Source: Christensenellales bacterium (lineage in GTDB: Bacteria; Bacillota; Clostridia; Christensenellales; JBMNTT01). Taken from it: a stretch of DNA of 64,000 nucleotides. Under the pieces are notes generated by a model that was given only the letters and a program-made list of their open reading frames with translations, was not told the DNA's origin and ran no database searches. This document shows, one piece after another, positions 1 to 9,376 of the stretch (its first letter is position 1; each line of letters starts with the position of its first letter). The position numbers were made by a program, and so were the translations under genes. Location: contig JBMNTT010000001.1 of NCBI GenBank assembly GCA_050945875.1, positions 28,580 to 92,579 of the forward strand. The letters are read 5' to 3'.

Positions 1-1322
1 TCGTCCGCGTCAGCCTTCTGCTCCGGGGCGGGCTTGGGCTCCACCATCACGGCCTGGCTGCGCAGGAACTCGATGGTCTTGCGGCCCAGAGCCTCCTCGT
101 TGATGTAATCGATCTCCTCAGGGCGCATGGTTTCCTTGTACTCCTCGGCGGACTTGCCCATGGACTTGGCCATCTCGGCCACCGCCTTGTCGAAGTCCTC
201 GGGGGCAACCTGGATATCCTCGGCCTTCTGGATGGCCTCGAGCACCAGGGATCCCTTGACCCGGCGCAGGGCCTCCTCGCGCTGCTCGGCGCGCATGCCC
301 TCGATGGTGTTGCCGGTATACTTGAGGTAATCCTGCAGGTTCAGGCCCTGGTACATCATGCGCCACTCCAGGTCGCGCATCATGTTGTCCAGCTGACGCT
401 CGACCATGCAGTCGGGGATGTCAACCTCACAGGTATCCATGATGGACTCGATCATGGTATTATCCATCTGGTTCTGGGCGTTGGTCCGAGCCCGCTCCTC
501 CAGCTTGGCGCGGATATCGGCCTTGTAATCGGCCAGGGTGTCGAACTCGCTGACGTCCTTGGCGAACTCGTCATCCAGCTCGGGCACTTCCTTGACCTTG
601 ATATCGTGCACCTTGACATGGAACACCGCGTCCTTGCCCTTGAGCTCCTCAGCGTGGTACTCGTCGGGGAACTTGACCGACAGGTCCTTCTCCTCGCCGA
701 TGCTCATGCCCACCATCTGCTCCTCGAAACCGGGGATGAACTGGTGGCTACCGATCTCCAGGGTCTGGCCCTCGGCGGTGCCGCCGGCGAACGCCTCGCC
801 GTCCACCGTGCCGGCGTAGTCCAACGTGACGCGGTCGCCCTCGGCCACGGGGCGGTCCTCAACGGTCTCCCAGCGGGCGACGCGCTCCTGGGCGGCCTTG
901 ATCTCGCGCTCGACGTCGGCCTCCTCCACAGCGTATGCGACCGTCTCCACCTCGATGCCCTTGTAGGTGCCCAAGGTCACCTCAGGCTTGACGGTCACCT
1001 TGGCGGTGAAGACCAGGGGCTGGCCCTTGCCCACGGAAACGATGTCGATCTCGGGGCGGTCCACCGGCTCGATGCCGGTTTCCTTGACCGCGTCCTCATA
1101 GGCCTGGGGACAGACCTCGTTGACCGCGTCGTCGTAGAAGATCTCAGGGCCATACATATGCTCAATCACCGTGCGGGGCGCCTTGCCCTTGCGGAAACCA
1201 GGGATATTGATGCTCTTGACGTTCTTTTTGTAGCTCTTGACCATGCCGGCCTCAAAGGTCGCGGCATCCACCTCGCAGGTCAGCTTGACGGTGTTCTTCT
1301 CAATCGTCTCCACAGTAGCCAT
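1..1322 (-). CDS. tig: Trigger factor (ribosome-associated chaperone/PPIase); C-terminal end runs off the window
   Basis: I translated the minus strand from the ATG at 1322-1320, which has GAGGAGGG upstream. It reads MATVETIEKNTVKLTCEVDAATFEAGMVKSYKKNVKSINIPGFRKGKAPR...GDRVTLDYAGTVDGEAFAGG...FIPGFEEQMVGM. The frame stays open to nt 1, and it is missing from the ORF track because it has no stop in the window. Confidence 0.9.
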   Translation of the reverse strand, partial: MATVETIEKNTVKLTCEVDAATFEAGMVKSYKKNVKSINIPGFRKGKAPRTVIEHMYGPEIFYDDAVNEVCPQAYEDAVKETGIEPVDRPEIDIVSVGKGQPLVFTAKVTVKPEVTLGTYKGIEVETVAYAVEEADVEREIKAAQERVARWETVEDRPVAEGDRVTLDYAGTVDGEAFAGGTAEGQTLEIGSHQFIPGFEEQMVGMSIGEEKDLSVKFPDEYHAEELKGKDAVFHVKVHDIKVKEVPELDDEFAKDVSEFDTLADYKADIRAKLEERARTNAQNQMDNTMIESIMDTCEVDIPDCMVERQLDNMMRDLEWRMMYQGLNLQDYLKYTGNTIEGMRAEQREEALRRVKGSLVLEAIQKAEDIQVAPEDFDKAVAEMAKSMGKSAEEYKETMRPEEIDYINEEALGRKTIEFLRSQAVMVEPKPAPEQKADAD

Positions 1323-1546
1323 ACTCCGTGAACCCTCCTCATATGTCTGCGGGCCCCTGGGCCGCAGTATGAAACCAGCGCAAGCGAGCTGGTCCATCGA
1401 TACGATATCCAAGTTAGTCTACCATAGCGCACCCAAAAATGCAATCTCCTTTTGCCCAAAAGTCCCTTTTCACGGCCCTTCCCGCCCTCGCCACGGCGCG
1501 GCGGACATGCTATAATGGAGAAAATCCGTTGCCGGGAGGAACCATC

Positions 1547-2776
1547 ATGCGTTTTCTTGATGCCCTGAAAGACCACGTACTGCTCTTCGACGGCGCCTTC
1601 GGCACCCAGCTGCAGGCGCGCGGCTTCACCTCGGGCGAGTGTCCCGAGGCCTGGAATCGCTCCCACCCCGAGGCGGTACAGGCCATCCACCAGGCCTACG
1701 CCCAGGCGGGCAGCGACATCGTGGAGACCAATTCCCTGGGCGGCAACCGGCTCAAGCTGGCCGCCTTCGGCCTGGCCGACCAGGCGGCCGAGCTGACCCG
1801 CGCCGCAGTGGACAACGCCAAGGCCGCCGGCCGGATGGTCGCCCTGTCCATCGGCCCGAGCGGGGCTTTCATGCCGCCGCTGGGTGCGCTGAGCTTCGAT
1901 GAGCTCTACGGGGCCTACCGGGAGCAGGCCGTCGCCGCCGAGCAGGCGGGAGCGGACCTGCTGCTGTTTGAGACCATGACCGACCTGGCCGAGGCTCGGG
2001 TGGGCCTGTTGGCCGCCAAGGAGAACACCTCCCTGCCCGTGGCGGTATCCTTCACCTTTGAGCACAACGGCCGCACCCTGATGGGCAATCCCCCCGAGGT
2101 GCTGGCGCTGCTGTTCTCCCAGATGGGCGCGGACATGGTGGGCATGAACTGCTCGGGCGGGCCGGACGAGCTCTACCCCATCTTCGAGCGCTTCTCGGCC
2201 TACGCCTCGGCCCCCACCCACATCATGCCCAATGCCGGCCTGCCCCAGGTGGTCGACGGGCAGACCGTTTTCCCCGTCGGCCCGGAGGAGATGGCCGAGA
2301 AGATGCGCCGGCTGCTGGAGCTCGCGCCCAATGCCATTGGCGGCTGCTGCGGCACCACCCCGGAGCACATCGCCCGAATGGCGGCCCTGGTGGCCGGGCG
2401 CAAGGCCCCCGAGCGGCCCGCGCAGCCCGACTATGTGTGCTCCGCCCGTCAGTTCATGCCCCTGGCTGAGGCCCTGGAGGATGTGGCCGAGGTGGTCCTG
2501 CCCGCCGGGCAGGAGGCTTGGGAGAGCGCCGACGCCCTGGCCGAGGCGGCGGGCGAGGCGGCCTGCGTGTTGGCGGACGTCTCCGCCCTGGCGGACGAGG
2601 GGTTGGCCGAGCTGATGCAGGAGTGTCAGCAGATGGTGCTCTGCCCGATGCTGTTCGCCTGCCGGGATATGGACCAGGTCAAAGCCCTGCTGCCCTACTA
2701 CCATGGGCTGACCGCCGTGCGGGTGCCCGACCCCGACCTTGACCTGCTGGCGCGCTACGGCGCGCGGGCAATCTGA
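1547..2776 (+). CDS. Homocysteine S-methyltransferase family protein (MetH N-terminal-like domain plus a ~110 aa C-terminal region of unknown function)
   Basis: The ATG at 1547 is preceded by GGGAGGA (1534-1540) and a TATAAT at 1511-1516. The sequence reads MRFLDALKDHVLLFDGAFGTQLQ...ETNSLGGNRLKL...GMNCSGGP...AIGGCCGTTPEHI, which carries the Zn-binding Cys motifs of the Hcy-binding domain. Confidence 0.8.
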   Translation: MRFLDALKDHVLLFDGAFGTQLQARGFTSGECPEAWNRSHPEAVQAIHQAYAQAGSDIVETNSLGGNRLKLAAFGLADQAAELTRAAVDNAKAAGRMVALSIGPSGAFMPPLGALSFDELYGAYREQAVAAEQAGADLLLFETMTDLAEARVGLLAAKENTSLPVAVSFTFEHNGRTLMGNPPEVLALLFSQMGADMVGMNCSGGPDELYPIFERFSAYASAPTHIMPNAGLPQVVDGQTVFPVGPEEMAEKMRRLLELAPNAIGGCCGTTPEHIARMAALVAGRKAPERPAQPDYVCSARQFMPLAEALEDVAEVVLPAGQEAWESADALAEAAGEAACVLADVSALADEGLAELMQECQQMVLCPMLFACRDMDQVKALLPYYHGLTAVRVPDPDLDLLARYGARAI

Positions 2777-2785
2777 GGCGCCGCC

Positions 2786-3214
2786 ATGATCCGGACAGAG
2801 CGCCGCGCCTATGATCCAACACAGCACTACGCCTACGCGGTCATCGCCGCGCGCTATCAGGGCGGCTGGCTGTGGGTGCGCCGCCGGGACCGCGCCACCT
2901 ATGAGATTCCCGGCGGCCACTGGGAGCCGGGCGAGCAGATCGAGGACACCGCCCGGCGCGAGCTGTATGAGGAGACCGGCGCGCTGGACTTCGCCCTCCG
3001 GCCGGTGTGCGCCTACAGCGTGACAAGCGACGGCTCGACCGATTACGGCATGCTGTATCTGGCCCAGGTCCACACCCTGGGACCGCTGCCGCCCTCGGAG
3101 ATTGGCGAGGTCACGGTGCGCGCGCAGATGCCCGAGGCGTTGACCTACCCGCAGATTCAGCCGTATCTGATGCGGTGGGCCGAGGAAATGATCACAGGGA
3201 GGCAATCGCCATGA
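2786..3214 (+). CDS. NUDIX hydrolase
   Basis: The Nudix box is present: GGHWEPGEQIEDTARRELYEETG. The protein is 142 aa. Confidence 0.85.
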   Translation: MIRTERRAYDPTQHYAYAVIAARYQGGWLWVRRRDRATYEIPGGHWEPGEQIEDTARRELYEETGALDFALRPVCAYSVTSDGSTDYGMLYLAQVHTLGPLPPSEIGEVTVRAQMPEALTYPQIQPYLMRWAEEMITGRQSP

Positions 3215-3879
3215 CCGAAATGGAAGCCATCCGGGCGCGGCACACGGTGCGCAAATACACCCAGCAGGCGCTTTCCCCGGAACTGCGGCGGCAGTTGGAC
3301 GAAAAGATCGCCGCGCTCAACGCCCAGCACGCCCTGCGCATGCGGCTGATCACCGGCGACGGGCGCGCCTTCGGTCGCCTGCTGCGACTGACGCTGGCCA
3401 AGGGCGTGCAGAACTACCTCGTCCTCGTCGGGGAGAACCGCGCCGACGTGGATGAAAAGTTGGGCTACTGCGGCATTCAGGTCGCCCTGCTCGCCCAACG
3501 GCTGGGCCTGAACTCCTGGTGGGTCGCCGGCACCTACAGCCGCAAAAAGGTTGCCCAAATCGTCGAGCTGCAGGCGGCCGAAAAGCTGACCGGCGTAATC
3601 GCCCTGGGTTACGGCGCGGAGATGGGAAAACCCCACAAATCCAAAACCATCGAGCAGGTCAGCGACTATCAGGGCGCGCCTCCCAGCTGGTTCACCAGCG
3701 GGGTCGAGGCAGCGCTGCTGGCCCCGACGGCCCTGAACCGCCAGGCCTTCCACCTCTCCGGCCAGGGCGGGACCGTGACCCTGACCACGCCCGAGGGCGC
3801 GCCCTCCGGGGCGGACCGCGGCATCGTCCGCTACCACTTCGAGGTTGGCGCAGGGACCGAGAACTTTTCCTGGCGATAA
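3211..3879 (+). CDS. Nitroreductase family protein
   Basis: The internal ATG at 3211 overlaps the NUDIX stop in an ATGA arrangement. The sequence reads MTEMEAIRARHTVRKYTQQALSPE...APTALNRQ, which is nitroreductase-like. Confidence 0.75.
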   Translation: MTEMEAIRARHTVRKYTQQALSPELRRQLDEKIAALNAQHALRMRLITGDGRAFGRLLRLTLAKGVQNYLVLVGENRADVDEKLGYCGIQVALLAQRLGLNSWWVAGTYSRKKVAQIVELQAAEKLTGVIALGYGAEMGKPHKSKTIEQVSDYQGAPPSWFTSGVEAALLAPTALNRQAFHLSGQGGTVTLTTPEGAPSGADRGIVRYHFEVGAGTENFSWR

Positions 3880-3922
3880 GCACCCCACCCGCGCGGCGGT
3901 CCGGATAAGCGCCGTCAACCAC

Positions 3923-3954
3923 AAAGAGGCGTCCCTGGGAGGGACGCCTCTTTT
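3923..3954. terminator. Bidirectional intrinsic terminator between convergent genes
   Basis: The hairpin is AAAGAGGCGTCCC-tggga-GGGACGCCTCTTT, followed by an extra T. It has an A-run on one side and a T-run on the other. Confidence 0.7.
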
Positions 3955-3974
3955 GCGCTTGGGCAACCGGGCGA

Positions 3975-6053
3975 TCAGTCGCCGATCTGCTCGGTCTTGT
4001 AGAGGAACTTGACGCTGCCGTCCATGGCCTCGCTCTTGCCGGCGAAGGTCTGATAGTGCTTGGAGACGTCCGCCGTCGCCCGCAGCCGGGTGATCAGCCC
4101 GCCCAGGTCGCCGTTCACGGCCTCGGCCAACTTCTCCACGCCCTCGCGGTTGAACTGCTCCAGGCCGTCGGAGAGCGCCAGGGACCCTTCCCGCAGGGCG
4201 GATACCCCTTCGGTCAGCGCGCCGGTGCCGCCGTTGAGCTCGCCGAGTTTCCCGCTCAGGGTGTCCGCGCCGTCAGCTATGCCCGCCGCGCCGTCGGCGA
4301 CCTGGCGCGCGCCCTGCTGCAGCTGAGTTGCGCCCGCGTCGGCGTCGGCCACGCCCTGGGTGTAATCCTTCAGGCCCTGGTAGAAATCGTTGTAGCTGTC
4401 CAGCTGGTCTTTCAGGGCGCTGATGCTGCTAGCGCCGCTCTGGGCGGCCTGCACCGCGCTGTCAATCTGGCTCTGGACCTCCGCGCTGTTCATCTTTTCC
4501 TCGATGAGGGATTGGATTTTGCCGTCCACGGCGGACTGGATGGCGCCCTGGCTCTCGCTCATCTTGGCCTGGATGGCCGCGTCGATCTGCTCCTGGGTCT
4601 CCTGTGGGATCGCGCCGGCCGCTACGGCGGCCTCATACTCGCTCACACCCATGCCCGTGGCCGCGGTGATCACGCCCTCGCGCACCTGCTTGCGCACCTC
4701 GGCCTCCACAGCGCTGCGGATGGCGCCCTCCTGGCTGTGCACCGCGCTGGAGACCGTGCTGTAGGCGGTATTGTAGGCCACCTTGCGCACCGCGTCCGCG
4801 TCCAGGGAGCCGGCCAGACCGCCGAGCACCTCGCCATAGTTGTCGATGGTCAGCTTGGGGGCCGACAGACCCGCGGCGGCCAGCTGCTCATCGGCCACGG
4901 CCAGCAGGTTCTGGAAAACCTGGGCGGCGCCGCCGGTCAGGGCGTCGTTGTTGGCGGCCAGGGCGGCCAACCCGGTCTTGAGGGTATCCGCCCCCTCGCG
5001 CACAAGCTGCGCGCCGTCGGAGAGCTGGCCGCTCTTCTCGGCCAGGTTCGCCGCCCCCGAGGCCAGCTGCCGGACGCCGCTGGCCAGGTCGCCGGATTTG
5101 TCCAGCAGGGTATCCAAGCCCTCATAGAGCGCCGAGGAACCCTCCATCAGCTTGGCCATGGCGTCCTTCAGGTCGTCCATCGAGTCAACCAGCTCGTCAA
5201 AGGAGGTGATGTCGTCCAGGTTCAGCTCGTCAAAGACCTCGTTGGTGGCCAGGGTCAAGGTGGTGGTCAGGGAAAAATCCGTCACGTCAGCGGTGATCTC
5301 CACATAGCTGGGAAGCTCGAGCTGCTCGGGGTCCAGGTCTAGGTTCTCCTGCAGGCCGGGCATGGCCATGCCGATGACCAAGACCCGGTCGCCGTCGTTG
5401 ATGACCCTGCCGTTGGTGACCGCCACGTTCCGAAACTGATCGCCGTCGAGCATCATGCCGGTGAGCATGGCGAAGGGCACATAGATGCGCTGCTGCTCGC
5501 CGTCGATCTCCACCTGCTCATACTGCTTGTTGGCGTAGTCGAAGCGGATGGTCACCCGCCCGCTTTTGCCCGCGAGCTCCTCGGCGGAGATGGGCTGCCC
5601 ATCCAGCTGATAACGAACCGTCAGGTCCACGGGCAGCTGTTTGTCGATCTGTCCCTGGTAGTAGATGTCCTCGCCGTTGGCGTCCCACACCCGCAGGTTG
5701 TCGCCGCCCGGGCTGTAGCTGGCGTCACCCTTGACCTCGTCGATGTCGCCCAGCTCGGAGGCGTCCTCGATCCGCTCTGCGCCCGGACCGTTTCGGATCC
5801 AGTCGCTGACGATGATCTTCTTGGGGGTCCCATCCGCGCCGGCGATGACATAGACCGTCTCCTCCTTGCCCATCTCGCCCGTTTGGGTCGGCTGAGCGCC
5901 CTGAGAGTCCTGGGCGTCCTGGACGGGGGTCGATTGGGCCGCCGGGGCGGCGCTCCTGGCGCCCGCCGCGTAGGCGATGGCGCTAGCGCCGCAGACCAGG
6001 GCGACGGACAGGGTGACACAGACCGCACGGATCCATTTGCGCTTTTCTTTCAT
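3975..6053 (-). CDS. Exported or membrane-anchored protein with xxxLxxG heptad repeats (YhgE/Pip-middle-region-like), partner of the MMPL transporter
   Basis: The N-terminal signal/anchor is MKEKRKWIRAVCVTLSVALVCGASAIAYAA. Long helical repeat blocks follow, for example ALYEGLDTLLDKSGDLASGVRQLASGAANLAEKSGQLSDGAQLVREGADTLKTG. The start overlaps the MMPL stop (ATGA at 6050-6053). Confidence 0.6.
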   Translation of the reverse strand: MKEKRKWIRAVCVTLSVALVCGASAIAYAAGARSAAPAAQSTPVQDAQDSQGAQPTQTGEMGKEETVYVIAGADGTPKKIIVSDWIRNGPGAERIEDASELGDIDEVKGDASYSPGGDNLRVWDANGEDIYYQGQIDKQLPVDLTVRYQLDGQPISAEELAGKSGRVTIRFDYANKQYEQVEIDGEQQRIYVPFAMLTGMMLDGDQFRNVAVTNGRVINDGDRVLVIGMAMPGLQENLDLDPEQLELPSYVEITADVTDFSLTTTLTLATNEVFDELNLDDITSFDELVDSMDDLKDAMAKLMEGSSALYEGLDTLLDKSGDLASGVRQLASGAANLAEKSGQLSDGAQLVREGADTLKTGLAALAANNDALTGGAAQVFQNLLAVADEQLAAAGLSAPKLTIDNYGEVLGGLAGSLDADAVRKVAYNTAYSTVSSAVHSQEGAIRSAVEAEVRKQVREGVITAATGMGVSEYEAAVAAGAIPQETQEQIDAAIQAKMSESQGAIQSAVDGKIQSLIEEKMNSAEVQSQIDSAVQAAQSGASSISALKDQLDSYNDFYQGLKDYTQGVADADAGATQLQQGARQVADGAAGIADGADTLSGKLGELNGGTGALTEGVSALREGSLALSDGLEQFNREGVEKLAEAVNGDLGGLITRLRATADVSKHYQTFAGKSEAMDGSVKFLYKTEQIGD

Positions 6054-8149
6054 TTCACTGCCTCCATCTGTTTCTTCTCTCGCTTGCCCCTGCGAAAGCC
6101 CAAGCTGGTCGCGCAGATGACCTTATCCAGCAGCATGAACATCGCCGGCAGGATGAAGATCACGCAGAGCATGCTGATGATGGCGCCCCGGGCCATCAGG
6201 GTGCACAGGGAACTGATCATGTCGATATCCGAGTAGAGCGCCACGCCGAAGGTCGCCGCGAACAGACCCATGGCGCTCACGACAATCGAGGGAATCGACG
6301 CGGCCAGGGCGTTGGTGACGGCGGTGCGCTTATCCCGCCCCACATACCGCTCGGTCTTGTACCGGGTGGTCATCAAAATCGCGTAGTCCACCGTCGCGCC
6401 GAGCTGGATGGTGCTGATGCAGATCGGCGCGATGAAGGGCAGCGACGTGTGCAGGTAGGCCGGCAGGCCCAGGTTGATGAAGATGGCGCACTCAATGACC
6501 GCCACCAGGATGACCGGCAGGGACAGACTCTTCTCCACCAGGGCGATGATGACGAAGATGGCGATGATGGACACCGCGTTGACCACTTTGAAGTCATGGT
6601 CGGTGATTTGGATCATGTCCTTGGTGCAGGGGGCCTCGCCGATGAGCATGCCCGATGGATCATGCCGCTTGAGCACATCGTTGAGCTGATCGATCTGGCG
6701 GTTGACCGCGTCGCTGGCCACCTTGTACTCGGAGTTGATCAGCATCAGCTCCCACCGGTCGCTCTGGAGAATCTCGCTGACCGAGCTGGGGATGACCTCC
6801 TCGGGTACCAGGGAGCCCACCACCGACTCGAGGCCCAGCACGTACTTGACGCCGTCCACCCGCTCCATCTCGCGCATCATGGACTTGACCTCCTTGGACG
6901 GGAGGGAGGCGTCCACCAGCAGCATGTGGGTGGCGCCCACGCCGAACTGATCCTGCAGTTTGGAGTTGGCCACCATGTAGGCCATATCCGTGGGCAGGCT
7001 CTCGGAGAGCTCATAGTAGACCTCCTGGTTGGTGCGGGCGTAGCCGTAGTAGGCCGGGGCCAGCACCAGGGCGAAGACGACCAGGAAGATCGGGAAGCGC
7101 TTGGTCACGAAGGCCGCCAGCTTGGTGGGCGTGGGGATGAGCGAGCGATGTCGGCTCTTCTCCAGCGGCTTATCCAGCACCAGGATCATCGCCGGCAGGG
7201 TGGTCACGCAGCCGATGACGCCCAGCACGACGCCCTTGGCCATGACGACGCCCAGGTCCCGCCCGAGGGTGAAACTCATGAAGCACAGGGCGATGAAGCC
7301 CGCCACCGTCGTGATAGAGCTGCCCACCACCGAGGTGATGGTCTGACGGATGGCCTCGGCCATGGCCTGCAGCTTGTCGGGCAGGCGCTGCTTCTGCTCC
7401 GAGTAGCTGTGCCAAAGGAAGATGGAATAGTCCATGGTCACAGCCAGCTGCAGCACCGCCGAGAGCGCCTTGGTCAGGTAGGAAATTTCGCCCAGGAAGT
7501 AGTTGGTGCCCATGTTCAGCAGGATGGCCATGCCGATGCTGGCCAGGAACACGAAGGGGATCAGCCAGCTATCCAACAGCAGCATCATCGCCGCGCACGC
7601 CAGCAGCACCGCCAGGCCCACATAGATGGGCTCCTCCGACTCGCACAGCGCCTTCAGGTCGGTCACCAGGGCCGACATGCCCGATACGAAGCACCGCTCC
7701 CCGGCCACCGAGCGGATGTCCGCGATGGCCTGCATGGTGTCGTCCGAGGAGGTGGAGGTGTCGAAGAACACCGCCAGCATCGTCGCGTCCCCGGCGTTGA
7801 AGGCGTCATAAACCTTCTGGGGAAGCAATTCCATGGGCACCGACAGGTCCATCAGGTCGTCGTACCACAGCACCGAGTCCACATGATCGACCTGACCGAT
7901 GCGCTCCTTCAGGGCGGCCACGTCCTTGTTGGGCATGCCCTCGACGATCACAAAGGAGAAGGCCCCCTTACCGAAATCGTCCATCAGGATATCCTGGCCG
8001 GTGACCGTGTCCAAATCACCGGGCAGGTAGGTCAGCATGTCATAGTTGATCCGGGTGCACGCCATGCCGATGATCGACGGGATCAGCAGCACCAGGGCGA
8101 TGACCAGGATGACCACGCGGTGTTTGACCACCGCTTTTCCAAACTTCAT
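6050..8149 (-). CDS. MMPL family (RND superfamily) transporter
   Basis: The sequence MKFGKAVVKHRVVILVIALVLLIPS... has roughly 12 predicted TM segments with two large loops, the MMPL pattern. The ATG at 8149 lies 11 nt after AAGGAGG. The track start at 8170 is a TTG lying immediately upstream of the SD and abutting it. Confidence 0.85.
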   Translation of the reverse strand: MKFGKAVVKHRVVILVIALVLLIPSIIGMACTRINYDMLTYLPGDLDTVTGQDILMDDFGKGAFSFVIVEGMPNKDVAALKERIGQVDHVDSVLWYDDLMDLSVPMELLPQKVYDAFNAGDATMLAVFFDTSTSSDDTMQAIADIRSVAGERCFVSGMSALVTDLKALCESEEPIYVGLAVLLACAAMMLLLDSWLIPFVFLASIGMAILLNMGTNYFLGEISYLTKALSAVLQLAVTMDYSIFLWHSYSEQKQRLPDKLQAMAEAIRQTITSVVGSSITTVAGFIALCFMSFTLGRDLGVVMAKGVVLGVIGCVTTLPAMILVLDKPLEKSRHRSLIPTPTKLAAFVTKRFPIFLVVFALVLAPAYYGYARTNQEVYYELSESLPTDMAYMVANSKLQDQFGVGATHMLLVDASLPSKEVKSMMREMERVDGVKYVLGLESVVGSLVPEEVIPSSVSEILQSDRWELMLINSEYKVASDAVNRQIDQLNDVLKRHDPSGMLIGEAPCTKDMIQITDHDFKVVNAVSIIAIFVIIALVEKSLSLPVILVAVIECAIFINLGLPAYLHTSLPFIAPICISTIQLGATVDYAILMTTRYKTERYVGRDKRTAVTNALAASIPSIVVSAMGLFAATFGVALYSDIDMISSLCTLMARGAIISMLCVIFILPAMFMLLDKVICATSLGFRRGKREKKQMEAVK

Positions 8150-8170
8150 CGACGCATACGCCTCCTTCAA

Positions 8171-8731
8171 TTAATGGCTTTGGGCCTGCTTTAAGATCTT
8201 CAGCGCGTAGACCGCCACGCACAGGTTGAGCAGCCCCTCCAGCAGCAGCGACGCGCCGATCATCACCATCAGCACCCGCATCCCGCTGAAGGGGTTGACC
8301 ATCAGCAGCAGGCCGAAGGCGCTGGAGAGCACAGCCACCGCGGCGATCAGCCCCCACTGGGCGATGCCAAACCGCTTGGCCTCCAGGGCGGTCTGGACCT
8401 TGCACAGGCCGTCCACCAGCACCAGCACGCCGATGGCAAAGTGCATCAGCGAGAGCACGCTTCGGGGCATGACGACCATCACCAGGCCCATGGCCAGGCT
8501 GAACAGGCCGAAAGCCAGATCAAACTGGAAGGCCAGCCGGTAGAGGTCCTTGGAAAAATAGCCGATCAGCTTGATGCCCCCGCACAGGATCAGCAGGCTG
8601 CCCGCCACATAGCAGATCGCCGTGGCCGAGGCGTCCGGCAGGAGCATCAGCAACAGCCCCGCCATACACAGCAGCAGCGAGGTGAGGATATAGCCCAGCT
8701 TTGCGGCCCTGACAGGATTGTGCATGCGCAT
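8171..8731 (-). CDS. DUF308/HdeD-like integral membrane protein
   Basis: The 186 aa protein has six hydrophobic segments, for example YILTSLLLCMAGLLLMLLP and GSLLILCGGIKLIGYF. It lies directly upstream of the MMPL gene. Confidence 0.6.
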   Translation of the reverse strand: MRMHNPVRAAKLGYILTSLLLCMAGLLLMLLPDASATAICYVAGSLLILCGGIKLIGYFSKDLYRLAFQFDLAFGLFSLAMGLVMVVMPRSVLSLMHFAIGVLVLVDGLCKVQTALEAKRFGIAQWGLIAAVAVLSSAFGLLLMVNPFSGMRVLMVMIGASLLLEGLLNLCVAVYALKILKQAQSH

Positions 8732-8791
8732 GGTTCTTCCCCCTTTACGCTACCCATTGTAGGGGGGCGGCCGCGCCGGCGACACGGGCAC

Positions 8792-8823
8792 AAAAAAAGC
8801 GATGCCTAATTTTTAGGCATCGC
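8792..8823 (-). terminator. Intrinsic terminator after the TetR gene
   Basis: On the minus strand the hairpin GCGATGCCT-loop-AGGCATCGC is followed by TTTTTTT. Confidence 0.7.
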
Positions 8824-8851
8824 CGGGCAAATATCTAAATTTTGGACAGGG

Positions 8852-9376
8852 CTACCGCTGCGAGGCGGCGCTGCGCTCCAGGCATTGGCGGACGCTGCCC
8901 TCCAGCAGCATCCCCAGCCGCCGGATGGTGCCCTCAGGCTCCTGGCGCATGCCGCTGTTCATCCAGTCGAGCACCATCCCCACCAAGGCCGCCCGGTAGA
9001 AGTTGACCACCAGGGCGCGGTCCGCATCCCCGGCGGGGATATCCGCCGCCAGGCCGCGCACAAAGCGCTCCATCACATCCTGGGCGATGCGGTTGAGGTA
9101 GCGCTCAAACTGCTCGCGGCTGACGGAGTTGTAGATGTGGTAGACCGCGCGCTTGTTGGATAGGGCGAACTGGGCCGCGGCGATAAAGCCCTCCTCCCAG
9201 GAAGCCACGTCGCCGTGCCGAAGCAGGGCCTTTTCGGTCTCCTCCCGCAGAATCTGCTCCACCAGGTCAGGGATGTCGTCAAAGTGGTAGTAGAAGGTAT
9301 TGCGGTTGATGCCGCAGTCCTCCACGATGTCCTTGATGGTGATCTTGTCCAAGGGTTTTTCGTTGAGCAGCTTCAC
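8852..9376 (-). CDS. TetR family transcriptional regulator (DhaS-like); true start probably lies upstream at 9415 (see finding)
   Basis: The HTH region reads KITIKDIVEDCGINRNTFYYHFDDIPDLV. The track start is a GTG at 9376 and would truncate helix 1. Confidence 0.8.
   Translation of the reverse strand: MKLLNEKPLDKITIKDIVEDCGINRNTFYYHFDDIPDLVEQILREETEKALLRHGDVASWEEGFIAAAQFALSNKRAVYHIYNSVSREQFERYLNRIAQDVMERFVRGLAADIPAGDADRALVVNFYRAALVGMVLDWMNSGMRQEPEGTIRRLGMLLEGSVRQCLERSAASQR

Noticed and set aside
1323-1546. A possible SAM or cobalamin riboswitch upstream of the homocysteine methyltransferase gene.
   Set aside because: The TATAAT at 1511-1516 leaves a 5' UTR of only about 25 nt. No conserved riboswitch core sequences were seen in the 224-nt divergent intergenic region.
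1280-3205. A 641-aa minus-strand ORF, and many similar long ORFs: 606-1331+, 4056-5342+, 6449-8194+, 9443-11374+, 11693-12790+, 12866-14125+, 13968-15401+, 15914-17614+, 19144-20568+, 21833-23602+, 25685-26884-, 31717-33174-, 37289-39727+, 51230-53140+, 59614-60819+.
   Set aside because: They lie antisense to, or frame-shifted within, genes that carry clear family motifs. They are extremely rich in Arg, Gly, Ala, Pro, His, Gln, Leu and Val, and show no motifs and no SD/start context. These are typical stop-free shadow frames of high-GC DNA.
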